Source: Eledone cirrhosa (lineage: Eukaryota). From it: a stretch of 64,000 nt of DNA. The translations under genes and the position numbers were made by a program. Shown here piece after piece: positions 13,490 to 26,329 of the stretch. The stretch is taken from assembly GCA_964016885.1 (NCBI GenBank), contig OZ024743.1:367040001-367104000 (forward strand). The letters are read 5' to 3'. The notes below the pieces were generated by a model. The model was not told where the DNA came from. It saw nothing but the letters and a program-made list of their open reading frames with translations, and made no database searches. Each line of letters starts with the position of its first letter. The stretch's first letter is position 1.

Positions 13490-13800
13490 ATCTTTCAGAA
13501 CAACTTATTAATTCCAGACTGGCAACATACCAATATGATAATGCTTTTGCTCATTCTGCCAAATTAGTCAAATGGTTTCTCCAAGATCATGAAAACAAGA
13601 CATTGTTTGGGTCTGGACAGTCTCCAGACCTTATGGTAAATTTATGCAGATCATTAAGTCAAAGCTGATTCCAAGAACTTTTATATACAAAGAATCTTTA
13701 TTTACAGCAGTTGAGGAAAATTTAGAACAAATCAGTCTACAGCAATGAGAATGTTTGCTGACAGTATGATTAAAATGTATAATATGAGATAATCAATCAT
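13490..13800 (+). mobile_element. Tc1 transposase remnant
   Basis: YQYDNAFAHSAKLVKWFL...GQSPDL, matching Tc1 QQDNAPxH...WPxQSPDLN. Confidence 0.65.
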
Positions 13801-14010
13801 GCCAGAAATATTGATTATTTAATTTTAGTTAGGAATAAACATAAATTCTATTTTTTAAAAGTTTGATGAATACAAAAAAAAACAACCAAAAAACAAAAAC
13901 AAAAAAATCAGAATCATTTAATTTCAACAAAATTGAACATGTTTTTTAAAAAAAAATCAAGAATCTTGCAGGTTTTCAATATATGTAATAAAAGGTGTGT
14001 ATGTGTGTAT

Positions 14011-14056
<46 letters not shown>

Positions 14057-14059
<3 letters not shown>

Positions 14060-14420
14060 AAAGTTAAACAAGGTTCAATGAATAAATCAAAGAATGAGTT
14101 TTACAATAGATTGGAAGCACTCAACAGTTATTGTTTTCCAGAGTTATTAATATTAATTCAAAATATTAACAAAATAGATATTCTTGTGATCAAGTATATT
14201 TTATTATACATATTTCAGAGGTACTGAGTTAACTTCAACTCATGGTACTACCATGACTGAATCTTAACCATCTACTATGTCAGGGTATGTCATGCATCAT
14301 CTTATTTTATCTGATGAGGACGTACTGTTGAAGTTAACTCAGTACCTCTGAAATATGTATAATAAAATATACTTGATCACAAGAATATCTATTTTGTTAA
14401 TATTTTGAATTAATATTATA
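14057..14420. mobile_element. Fold-back element in (TA)n; inverted arms 14148-14239 / 14327-14418
   Basis: About 92-bp near-perfect inverted repeat with (TA)n on both sides. Confidence 0.85.
14303..14369 (+). ncRNA. Type-I hammerhead ribozyme
   Basis: TATTTTAT-CTGATGA-GGAcGTACTG(loop)CAGTACcTCT-GAAA-TATGT-ATA|ATAAAATA: 8-bp stem I, extended stem II, near-palindromic stem III, AUA site (cut after 14361). Confidence 0.8.
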
Positions 14421-14599
14421 TATATATATATGTGTATATGCATATGCACACATAGACAAACACACATACACAGACATACATATTATTGACTGACTTGAAA
14501 AAGAGTACTCAATGCCAAAGTAGAGTTTAAATATGTATTTATTATAGCTAAGTGGTGAGCCTTGTTACTCTGGAGTTTTACTTACACATTTGAGTTTTA

Positions 14600-14920
14600 C
14601 TTGCACATACAAATCACATGTCCATACCAATGCAGTCTTCTCTCCTGCACACCACCTAGGATTCCTCTGAAACGCAGCTTCTCCCTCAGCTTTTCCAAGC
14701 TGCCTTTCTCGTACGCGTACATTACACATTCAACAAAGCATGGCTGCTTCATTTCTATCCAGTCTACACATATCCTCTGCAGTCACAGCCCATGTTTCAC
14801 TACAATGCAGTGTCACTATTCACACACAGGCATCATACAGTTGTCTTTTTATACATAGGGAAAAACTTTTTATGGTCAACAGTGGAAGTAGCTCTCTAAA
14901 CTTTTTCCCTCCTATCTTAT
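14600..14920 (-). mobile_element. Decayed RTE fragment
   Basis: Reverse complement resembles the KKFRELLPLL...LHWYGHV region. Confidence 0.7.
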
Positions 14921-15208
14921 TTCATAAGTTTTCATTATCATCACCATCATCAAAATCCCCTTCCTGTTCAACAGTAGCTTCCTGGTATTGCTGATACTCA
15001 CTGATTAAATCATGCACGTTGGACTCAGCTTCTGTGAATTCCATCTCATCCATACCCTCTCCAGTGTACCAGTGTAAGAAAGCTTTACGCTTAAACATGC
15101 TCTTACTGCGCCCTCCTCCACTACTAATTAAACCACCTAATTAACAGAAGCTATCAACCACTTCTATGCACCCTTCCTGTAACTGGAAAAGGTTTATATA
15201 TATATATA

Positions 15209-17956
15209 GATCAGGGGAGCACTCTAGTCAGTTAGATTTTATCCTCATCAGAGGACGTGACAGATGGACGGTCGTAAACACAAAAGCCTTCCCTAGTGAG
15301 GAATGTACATCCCAACATAGCTTAGTTGTCAGTGACCTCACGGTCAGAACTAAACGAGCCCTGAAACAGAGGCCAACCTGGAGAAGAAAGATCTGGAAGC
15401 TGAAAGTCCCCTCAACCAGTAACAGATTTAAAGATATTTTACTCAACGCCTACGACAGTAAAGAAGAACAGATAGGGACATTTAACGTAGAAGAGAACTG
15501 GGAGTTCCTAAAAAATAACTTACTAGAGGCGACGGATGAGGTTTGTGGCTGGAGTAAGACCTCAAGCAGGAGGAGAGTGACTTGGTGGTGGAACAATAAG
15601 GTAGATGAAGCAGTCAAGGCCAAGAGACAGGCATGGAAAGAATGGAAGAACGGGGGGAGCAGGGTACATTACATAGAGACCAAGAGGGAAGCTAGGCGAC
15701 AAGTATACTTAGCTAGGAGGGAAGCAGAGGATAGAAAATTCAAGCATGTTTTACAACGTGAGGACCAGAAACAGGAGGTATTCAAGATTGCGAGGCAGTG
15801 TGTCAGAGATAGTTGTGATGTCATTGGAGAGAAGTGTATCCGGAATGATAAAGGTGAGCTTGCCCTCACAAGTGCTGAGAAGAAAGATGCATGGAAGAGT
15901 CATTATGATAGATTACTAAATGAGGAGAATGCATGGGAAGAAGAGACCCTACCCCACGTAGACCCTATAGAGGGACCAGCAGTACAAGTCAGCGGCAGCG
16001 TAGTAAGTAAGGCAATCAGAGATATGAAGATAGGGAAGGCAACCGGTCCATCAGGTATAGCTGCCGAGATGCTGAAGGCATCTGGGTCTGTAGGTCACAC
16101 TATAACCACACGTATCGTTAACCAGGTAATACTAGAGGGGGCCATACCAAAAGATTGGTGCAGTAGCATCATTGTCAACTGCTACAAAGGTAAAGGCGAT
16201 GCACTAGATAGAGGAAACTATAGAGGTATAAAGTTGATGGACCAGGTCATGAAAGTAACAGAAAGAGTTATAGCACAGCTGATTAGGGACCGGGTGAATA
16301 TAGACGAGATGCAATTTGGGTTTGTACCAGGGAAAGGCACCACTGATGCCCTCTTCCTTGTGAGGCAATTACAGGAAAAGTACCTAGCTAAAAGTAAGCC
16401 ACTCTACTTGGCATTTGTCGACCTTGAGAAAGCCTTTGACAGAGTTCCACGTGCAGTAATCTGGTGGGCTCTTAGAAAACTAGGAGTAGATGAATGGCTT
16501 GTGAAAGCGGTACAAGCCATGTATAGGGGAGCAGTCAGCAAAGTTAGGATTGGCAATGAGTATAGCGAGGAATTTAGCGTACAGGTTGGGGTCCACCAGG
16601 GCTCTGTTCTTAGCCCTCTCCTGTTCATCATAGTCCTGCAGGCAATAACGGAGGAGTTTAAGACCGGATGCCCATGGGAACTCCTGTATGCTGATGACCT
16701 CGCACTCATAGCTGAATCTATGGTAGAACTAGAGAATAAATTCCAAACTTGGAAGCAGGGACTAGAGAGAAAGGGCCTCAAAGTCAACATGACAAAGACT
16801 AAGGTCCTTGTAAGTAGACGAGAAAACAAAACCCAGATCCCCTCAGGGAAATGGCCTTGCTCAGTATGTAGGAAAGGTGTAGGTAGGAACTCCATTCTCT
16901 GCCCCAAATGCAAACAATGGGTACACAAGAGATGTAACGGGATCTCAGGAAGCTTAATTAAGAATGTAGGATTCACATGCAGCAGCTGTGCTGAAACAGC
17001 AAGCAAACAGCCACAGGAAACAAGTACCACCAATCTCTGGGAGGGCCCTGTAGAAACAGTAGACAGCTTCTGCTACCTAGGTGACCGAATTAGCAACGGA
17101 GGTGGGTGCTCAGAAAGTACAATAACTAGGGTAAGAACGGGATGGAAGAAGTTTAGGGAACTACTACCACTGCTAGCTGCAAAAGGCTTCTCCCTCAGAA
17201 TGAAAGGCAGACTGTATGATGCGTGTATCCGAACAGCGATGTTGCATGGTAGTGAGACCTGGGCGCTGAAGGTGGAAGACTTATGTAGATTAGAGAGAAA
17301 CGAAGCCTGCATGCTCCGATGGATGTGTAACAGTAATATACGTGAACGACAAAGCATAAAGGAATTGAGAGAGAGACTGAGCATAAGAGGAATCAAATGC
17401 TGCGTGCAGGAGAGGCGGTTACGCTGGTATGGACATGTGATGCGTATGAAGGATGACAGCTGCATAAAAAGGTGCAGAGCACTAGAAGTTGATGGAAACC
17501 GCGGAGTGGGGTGACCCAAGATGACTTGGGATGAGGTGATAAAAGCCGACCTTACCCAACTACACCTCTCAAAGTCAATGACACACGACCGTGACTTCTG
17601 GCGTCACGCAGTAATACAGGGTACCCGACCTCCCATGGGTACATGCCGAAGCATATAAACAATATGCCCCCCCCCCCCCCCCCACCGCAAGGTGGTCGTG
17701 GAGGTGCCACGGCAAAAAAGCACCCAGCCCACACTGTAAAGTGGACGTGTAGGCGCCACGAAAAAGCACCCAGCACTCACTGTAAAGGAGGTTGGTGTTA
17801 GGAAGGGCATCCAGCTGTAGAAATCAAGCCAGATCAGTTCCTGTATGAGCAAGGCATGGTCAGCCGACCAGACACTGCCCACAACAGGACAACCCGTCTA
17901 ACCCATGCTAGCGTGGAAGAACGGACGTAAAACGGTGATGATGATGATGATGATGA
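15209..17956 (+). mobile_element. Young RTE LINE, 5'-truncated; about 770 open codons (APE C-terminus, RT, PHD-like finger)
   Basis: ORF 15166-17514 with DLEKAFDRV, HQGSVLSP and LYADDL; premature TGA at 17512; (TA)n upstream; (GAT)n tail then (AT)n. Confidence 0.96.
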
Positions 17957-17984
17957 TATATATATATACATACGTGTATATATA

Positions 17985-18181
17985 CACAAGGTGTGTCAGA
18001 AAAGTTCCAGGACTGATGTCACAAAAGATTTATTTCAAACCCAAACTTCACACTAAGAGTTTTCTCCTTCAAAGTAATCCCCCTGGAGTCTAACGCTCTT
18101 TTCCATCCTTTTCTGCCACGCTTGCATGTACTCCTGGAAGGATTCTTCTGGGATCCTCCGCTTTTCCGTTGTCATGGCATT
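17985..18181 (-). mobile_element. mariner 3' end with TIR
   Basis: Reverse complement encodes GDYFEGE; TIR-like CAAGGTGTGTCAGAAAAGTTCCAGGACT; related to 44100-44213. Confidence 0.7.
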
Positions 18182-19215
18182 TCTTCTTCTTCTTCTTCTT
18201 CTTCTTCTTCTTCTTCCTGAGAGGGTCGTGGGGACAGAGTCCTCAAATACTCCCTCCAGTAGGTCCTGTCAGAAGGAACCGTGTACAAATGATCCAGCTG
18301 GATCCCCAAGCATGACCAGCTAAGCTCATGGAGGTTATCCAACCATCTTGCTCGAAGTCTACCCCTGGGTCTCTTGCCAGTTGGTTTTGCCCCTAAAATC
18401 TACCTGGAATGACTCTCTGATCTCTGAGCTATGCACTCTATTGAGTAACATTACTCCAAAGACCCTTCAGAGGAATCCCATTTCGACCGCTTGTATTCGC
18501 GATCATATTTTTTCAGTCATTACCCAAGATTCATGAATATAGGTAAGAGTTAGCATGAATACCGAATTGAAGATAGCAAGTTTGGCTTTTACACCTACCG
18601 CCGTTCTTCTGATTACTGAATACTGAAGCTGGTGCATTACTGCACCAGCTCTTGCAATTCTTGCACTTAATTCAGTCTCCTGCCTGCCATCACACATAAA
18701 CATTGAACATTGCCCCAAAGTACTTGAACTTCTCTACCTGCTTCAGTGGAACTCCATTCACATGTAGAGTGCACTGTGCAGGCTTCTTTGAGAGGATGAG
18801 TGTCTCAGTTTTTGCAGCACTGATTTTCATTCCAGCTCTGCAGCACTTGGGATCAAACCTATCAAGTGCAAGTCAAAGATCATCTTCTGTTGAGATAAGT
18901 AACACCATGTCATCTGTAAATTCCAGCCTACTGATTTTACACCTGCCAGTTATGACACCACTTCCAACCTGGCTGCGCATGTCAGTCTTGTTCACATAAT
19001 AGAGACATCAGGGCAGCAAGAAGCTGACAATCAATCCCATACTCCTGCACAGTCTTCCACAGCAGGCCCTGAGGAATGCGGTCATATGCCTTCTCAAGGT
19101 CAACAAAACAAGAATATACTTCTTGGCAATACTCCTCCGATTTCTTGAATATCTGCCGCAGTGTGAATATTTGGTTGGCTGTGCTGCATCTGGGGTGAAA
19201 ACCCCGGTTATTTTA
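18182..19215 (-). mobile_element. Second RTE family (Expander-like), decayed, (AAG)n tail
   Basis: VEKFKYLG, KLAIFNSVF..LTY..ESW; homologous to 56800-57520. Confidence 0.8.
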
Positions 19216-19444
19216 TTCATTTTATACATATATATATATATGTGAGAAAAACCACAGACCCTCCATCTCAATTCTACTTTTGAAAAGCAGAAGAACTGCG
19301 AAGCCAGTAAAGGAACCAAATAAATATATATATTTTTATAAAAAAAGACTCCAGTTGCATTTTCGATTTCATCTTTTTACCTTATACTTTCACTTGTCTT
19401 TTTTTCATTTTGTAAAAAAACCTCACTTTCTAATATGTATATAT

Positions 19445-20888
19445 GTGAAAGCGGTACAAGCCATGTATAGGGGAGCAGTCAGCAAAGTTAGGATTAGCAA
19501 TGAGTATAGCGAGGAATTTAGCGTACAGGTTGGGATCCACCAGGGCTCTGTTCTTAGCCCTCTCCTGTTCATCATAGTCCTGCAGGCAATAACGGAGGAG
19601 TTTAAGACCGGATGCCCATGGGAACTCCTGTATGCTGATGACCTCGCACTCATAGCTGAATCTATGGTAGAACTAGAGAATAAATTCCAAACCTGGAAGC
19701 AGGGACTAGAGAGAAAGGGCCTCAAAGTCAACATGACAAAGACTAAGGTCCTTGTAAGTAGACGAGAAAACAGAACCCAGATCCCCTCAGGGAAATGGCC
19801 TTGCTCAGTATGTAGGAAGGTGTAGGTAGGAACTCCATTCTCTGCCCCAAATGCAAACAATGGGTACACAAGAGATGTAGCGGGATCTCAGGAAGCTTAA
19901 TTAAGAATGTAGGATTCACATGCAGCAGCTGTGCTGAAACAGCAAGCAAACAGCCACAGGAAACAAGTACCACCAATCTCTGGGAGGGCCCTGTAGAAAC
20001 AGTAGACAGCTTCTGCTACCTAGGTGACCGAATTAGCAACGGAGGTGGGTGCTCAGAAAGTACAATAACTAGGGTAAGAACGGGATGGAAGAAGTTTAGG
20101 GAACTACTACCACTGCTAGCTGCAAAAGGCTTCTCCCTCAGAATGAAAGGCAGACTGTATGATGCGTGTATCCGAACAGCGATGTTGCATGGTAGTGAGA
20201 CCTGGGCGCTGAAGGTGGAAGACTTACGTAGATTAGAGAGAAACGAAGCCTGCATGCTCCGATGGATGTGTAACAGTAATATACGTGAACGACAAAGCAT
20301 AAAGGAATTGAGAGAGAGACTGAGCATAAGAGGAATCAAATGCTGCGTGCAGGAGAGGCGGTTACGCTGGTATGGACATGTGATGCGTATGAAGGATGAC
20401 AGCTGCATAAAAAGGTGCAGAGCACTAGAAGTTGATGGAAACCGCGGAGTGGGGAGACCCAAGATGACTTGGGATGAGGTGATAAAAGCCGACCTTACCC
20501 AACTACACCTCTCAAAGACAATGACACACGACCGTGACTTCTGGCGTCACGCAGTAATACAGGGTACCCGACCTCCCATGGGTACATGCTGAAGCATATA
20601 AACAATATGCCCCCACTCCCCCCACCGCAAGGTGGTCGTGGAGGTGCCACGGCAAAAAAGCACCCAGCCCACACTGTAAAGTGGACGTGTAGGCGTCACG
20701 AAAAAGCACCCAGCACTCACTGTAAATGAGGTTGGTGTTGGGAAGGGCATCCAGCTGTAGAAATGGAGCCAGATCAGTTCCTGTATGAGCAAGGCATGGT
20801 CGGCCGACCGGACACTGCCCACAACAGGACAACCCGTCTAACCCATGCTAGCGTGGAGGAACGGACGTAAAACGGTGATGATGATGAT
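19445..20888 (+). mobile_element. Young RTE LINE, near-identical to 16501-17956
   Basis: ORFs 19280-19825 and 20143-20592; 1-bp deletion near 19818; (GAT)n tail. Confidence 0.96.
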
Positions 20889-21470
20889 ATCATCATCATC
20901 ATCATCATCATAATCATCATCGTTTAACGTCCATCTTCCACGCTTGCATGGGTTTGGACGGGAATTTTCCCACTTGAGGCAAGATTGGTTGTCTTGCTCT
21001 AATAGGACTGTCTGGCGGGTTTTCTACAGCTGGATTCCCTTCCTAACACCAACCACGTTTACAGAGTGGACTGGGAGGTTTATACTGTGTAACCTACATG
21101 GCCACATTACAGCGTGGACTGTGTGTTTTTTTTGTTGTGACACCCACACGACCTCATTTATTTCAGACTGGATGTTGTGGTACCAACATAACTTTACATC
21201 GGGTGGTGTGGATGGGGTGGGGGTAGTGGGGCGGGGGTGTTTTTGTTAAGAGGTGCCTACTGACTGTAGGTTTCGCTTTGTACTTAGGCAAGACGGGTCT
21301 TCTGTATTACTGTGTAGCGCCAAAGATCTCGGTCGAGTGACATTGTCTTGGAGAGGTGTAAGTCTGGGAGGTCAGAATTTATCAATTCGTCCCAGGTTTT
21401 TCTGGGTATGCCTACTCCGTGGCTACCGTCTATTTTTATCGCCCTGCACTTTTTTATAGAGCTGTCGTCT
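20889..21470 (-). mobile_element. RTE 3' end, tail-to-tail with the previous copy
   Basis: (ATC)n followed by a 3' UTR homologous to 1889-2445. Confidence 0.9.
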
Positions 21471-21477
21471 TATATAT

Positions 21478-23737
21478 ATATTTATTAAAATAACAGATTA
21501 AAGTTTAAGCAAAGAATCGCTGCTTTCACCCTTAACGGGATCTTCTGAAACTAAAAAAATCAATCTGTGAACGCAGAAGTAAATATTTCGAAAAACGTTG
21601 CAACCGAAGGAAGACAGGAAGACGATACTTTGGTTCGTGGAAACGTTCCCTGGCAAAGAAAAAAACGAAGATAATACGTCATTATATAGGAACGGTGAAA
21701 ACAATTACACCCAAAGACAAAGCCACGTTTATGGTATAAATGAAGTCGTAGACTAATATTCTATTTAGGAAACCGAATGATTCTCAGCTACAGAGTTAAG
21801 AATAATGTAAATAAATTACAGAGGTAATTGAAATTAAATATATACATGCACGCATCAGTATACGTACATACACATGCATACGCGAAAACAACCGCCATGG
21901 GTATGCAAATGCACGTACACAAAAAAACACGCACACACATACAGAACCCACGCAACACCTGTACCCGTATGCATATGAATGTATACACCAAATACACATA
22001 AAAAAATATATATGTGTGTGTGCATGTATACATATAATTATATAAACGTATATAAATATACACACATAAATACGTATACACATACCTACATGTAAAACCA
22101 TATATGTTCGCAGACGTACGTCAACCAAAACACAAAGTACACAAATACACACACCCTACATACGTACGAACCCGTATACTCACACAGACACAAAACTCAC
22201 GTATACACATAACCATATGCACATGTACCAGTATATATAATATAATATATATGCTTATAACATATACAAGCAAATTACGTACGAGAAAGTATACGTACCT
22301 TCACAAAACATACAGGTAATATATACTTACCTATACAAATAAGTAAAGGTATAAACATAACATATACTTAGCTACCACATCAAGACATAAAATATCCACG
22401 TATAGTTCGTACTATCCGTTAGGGTATAATGTGGGGCTGTAATACAGGAAAGTTTTGTGCAATTTATGTTTACAAGCCGAAATTGCTTCAGATTTTTTGT
22501 TTAAGATGTGGTCTTTGGTGTAGAGTATTTCCAGGGCTTCAGCGGCGCAGAGGTCACATGGTCTTTTATTTCCATTATACGATCTAGCCTTGGCTAGGAT
22601 CTCCCAGTGTAACTTATATTGGGTGTGGTTGTCTTTTAGACTCCAGATATAAGCTGAAAGTGACGTCATATTCCTTCTTAAAGGGTTAAGAAAAGAATGG
22701 GTATGCATGTAAAGACGCTGCTTGAATCTATTGGCGGTTAACCCTATGAAGGCCTTACGGGACGTGGGTGTTTCAACCTTACATTTGTAGACAATGTTAC
22801 TAGAGAAGCATTTCCCGGATAGGGGCAGTCAACCCGATTCCTACAATTACAGTTAGTACTAGCTACAGGGTCGCACGTGTTCCTACGGCTAGGTAGTTTA
22901 GCTAAATTTGAAGCTGTGATGTTATGTGCAAGGTTAGGAGTCGTAGAGTAAGAAATTTTAATGGTATTTCTATTAAAAATTTTACTATATTTATGTGCTG
23001 GTGGGAAAATGCTTCATAATAAGGGAGAGAAAGATCTTAGCTAATGGTGTGGCCACCTCCATATTATATGGTGGGTTATACCATATAATGCGCTGGGATC
23101 TATTTTTCCTAGGTCTATTCTTATACTCTGTATATGCTATCTTATCGATAAATCCACTCCGACCAAGAGCTTCATTGTAATATGTGGAATGGTCGTTGAA
23201 AATATGCTCGTTAGTAGATAGACGGGAAAGCCTCAAAGAAACGTTTTTTACCAGGTTCTTGGTTATGCTGGCAGGATGCTTAGAATGCTTACTTATGTAA
23301 TTAAGTGTATCATTCGGCTTTCTATACGGGTAGTGCAAGCCATTTGACAATTTGAGGGTAACGTCGAGATAATTAACGACCAAGAGGTTGGCCTCAACCT
23401 GTATGGAGAGGTTGAAGCCTTTAAAGAAGGCTGTGAGTTTGTTTCTGAACCTGTCGCAAGCACGTGGGCCGCACTTTGTCATGGTCAAAAGACCATCATC
23501 ATGGTACAAACCACCGCCCACGTTGGGGAATTCTTCCTTGATAGAGAAAAGAAGGAAAAGGCCGATAAGATCAGTAACCTCTGCAGAATTGGTGGTGCAA
23601 GGGTGAAAGCAGCGATTCTTTGCTTAGACTTTAATCTGTTATTTTAATAAATATTTGCTCTACGGTTCTTATATATTTGATATATATTTATCCTTATCGA
23701 GCCCTCTTTCGATTTTAGTCTTCAAATTTATTATTAT

Positions 23738-23740
<3 letters not shown>
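21478..23740 (-). mobile_element. Penelope-like element 1 (RT + Cys linker + GIY-YIG), 5'-truncated with inverted pLTR fragment
   Basis: SAEVTDLIGLFLL..GLYHDDGL, NYLDVTL, IIWYNPPY, CNCR..CP..GKC and CDLC..E motifs (ORFs 22991-23521, 22412-22708); 23599-23654 is an inverted copy of 21478-21534; (TA)n on both flanks. Confidence 0.9.
21502..21552 (-). ncRNA. Hammerhead motif of PLE1 pLTR (core U4>A, probably inactive)
   Basis: Minus strand: AGTTT-CAGAAGA-TCCC gttaa GGGT-GAAAGCA...TGCTT|AAACT. Confidence 0.6.
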
Positions 23741-23772
<32 letters not shown>

Positions 23773-24019
23773 CATCGAGCCCACACTGTAAGGTGGTCAT
23801 ATAGATGTAACAACAAAAAGTACCCTGTACACATTGTAAATGTGGTTTGCATTAGGAAGGGCATCCAGCCATAGAAACCAAGCCCAAATCAGTTCTGTTT
23901 GAGCAAGATGTGGTCATTTGACCTGGCTTATCTCACAACAAGACAATTTTTCTAACACATGCTAATGTGGAAAAACGGTTGTTAAACCGTGATGATGATG
24001 ATAATGATGATGATGATGA

Positions 24020-24131
<112 letters not shown>

Positions 24132-24214
24132 GTATATATATAAAAAACAAAATTTGTTTTGCTCTTAACATGATGGACACCTAAATGTATTTGTGAATGA
24201 ATATTAATATTATA

Positions 24215-24408
24215 ATAATTGTTTCTACATTTGGCACAAGGCCAGCAATAACCCAGTGCATTACTGGTACTTTATTTTATTGACCCCGTAAGGATGAAAG
24301 GCAAAGTTAACCTTGGCGAGATTTGAACTCAGATCATAAAGGGACGTAACTCTATGCTTCAAAGCATGGTGTCCGACACTCTACCGATACTGCCAATCCG
24401 CCGCCCTT
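24215..24408 (-). mobile_element. SINE family A
   Basis: Full reverse copy; an AT-only (TAATATTA)n tract follows at 24409-24495. Confidence 0.85.
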
Positions 24409-26329
24409 ATTAATATTATAATAATATTATATTAATATTATAATAATATTAATATTATAATAATATTATAATAATATTATAATATTATTAATATTCGGTT
24501 TGTTTACAAGTAAACAGCCTTATAAAACACCTCATGGTAGATGACAATGTCATCCTTTTGTTCTAGCAGTAGCTGAGAGAACACAATCGACAATTGACAA
24601 TTGACAATTGTTTTGGAGTGTCTTGCTCCTTGTCAAGATTGTGTATTCTCGCTTGCTACTTGCTGGAACTGCTGAGAATACATAGTATTCTCAAATGTAT
24701 ACATCGGCTGATTAGCCTCATTTGCATACCGAGCAATTTTACAGCCAGTTTTGCCAAAAATTAAAATAACATTATTTGTTTTCACTCTGAACACTGTAAG
24801 TGAGAGAGAGGCAGAGCTTGGATGAGTTGAAAGAGAAGCTGGGTTAAAAAGGAATTCATGGTAGTGTGCAGGAGAGAAGACTGCGTTGGTTCAGGCATGT
24901 GACGCGTATGGACAATGATAATTGGGTGAAGAAGTGCCAAGAAATGCCAGTGGAAGGAAGTCGCAATAGAAGTAGACCAAGAAAGATCTAGGCAAAGGTT
25001 GTGAGAGCTGACCTCAAATCATTGAGACTCACAGAGGCAATGACAAAAGATCATATTGTGTGGAGAGATGCTGTGCTGAGAAGGATGTAAAAACATCCAA
25101 CCCATGCTAGCATGGAAAAGCAGATGTAAAAATTTGACATGTGTGTATGTGTGTTTGTATATGTGCATCTTTATGTGCATGTATGTATATATGTGTATGC
25201 ATGAGCCAGCATATGTGTGCATGTTTATCTACATGTGTGTTTTCTCTTTGTAATGATTCCACTTGAGTTTGATGGTGATGTTTGTTTATGTCCCACATAA
25301 ACACAGTCTTGTAGTTTAGCGGTTCAACTTACAAAGATCAGTACTTAAAAAATAAGTAAGAGTTAATGTCAGGAAGGGCATCCAGCCATAAAATACTGCT
25401 TTAAAAAGAGTCTCATTCACCTCAATGTCTGGCTGGAAAATTGATCATTAATGATGCACTAAACATTGTATGTTAAATAATCTGAAACATACTGCAAAAT
25501 ATAGACATCTAATGACAAACATTACCAATTTTAGACATAACTGTGATGTGTAATCAAATACACAGGGATAATGTAAACATGACTCTTTTATGGACAGAAA
25601 CACGAAGCTTGGCTGTCTGGTTTTGACTCTAATTTGAGTCTTCATCCAATTAGATAGATTGGATATCTATTCACTGCCGGAGACTCCAATTAGAGTTGAA
25701 ACCTGTCAGGTTAATTCATTTTTTAATGTCTATGGAAGGATAAAAAAAAATCATTCATCTACTTTTATCCATAAGTATTTGATAACACATCACAGTCATG
25801 GTTAAAATATGTATTTTCCATTGTTAAGGTATACATTACCATTTCAGATGTATTTACATACACAGTGATACACACGCACATCATTATCACTGTTTAAGAT
25901 CTATTTTTCCATGCTAGCATGACTGAATCAACTACTACTTCATATCTATAAAACTGGCATCACAAAGACCCTCAAGTTGTCAAATATCTACTTCAATGAG
26001 GCAACAATACTTAAATTTACAGAACTGTCCAACTTCAATTTGGAAAGGGAGTGAAAAATAATTTATATTCTTATCCTGTTATCTACAGATTTCAGACATT
26101 AGACTGCAACCACATCAGGGTACTATCTAAGGGGCTTTAGTTGATTATATCAAGTCAAGTACTTACTTTTCAAGCCTGGTACTTATTTTATCGATCTATT
26201 TTTTGTTGAACTATTAAGTTACAAAACATAAGCACAGACATTGACACACAAACACATATATAGCTAAAGACACATACAATGTTAAAAGTATAGAAGCCAT
26301 CCTAATCATTCTGATCTTGCTTCCTGCAG

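Noticed and set aside
16404-17519. Long antisense ORFs over RTE copies
   Set aside because: Shadow frames of the RT ORF with no independent motifs.
21788-22319. Long ORFs rich in Y/I/C/V/H/T (also 29504-29729, 31363-32494, 33809-34312, 51272-51513)
   Set aside because: Translations of (TA)n/(CA)n/(TACA)n microsatellite DNA, which lacks stops by composition.
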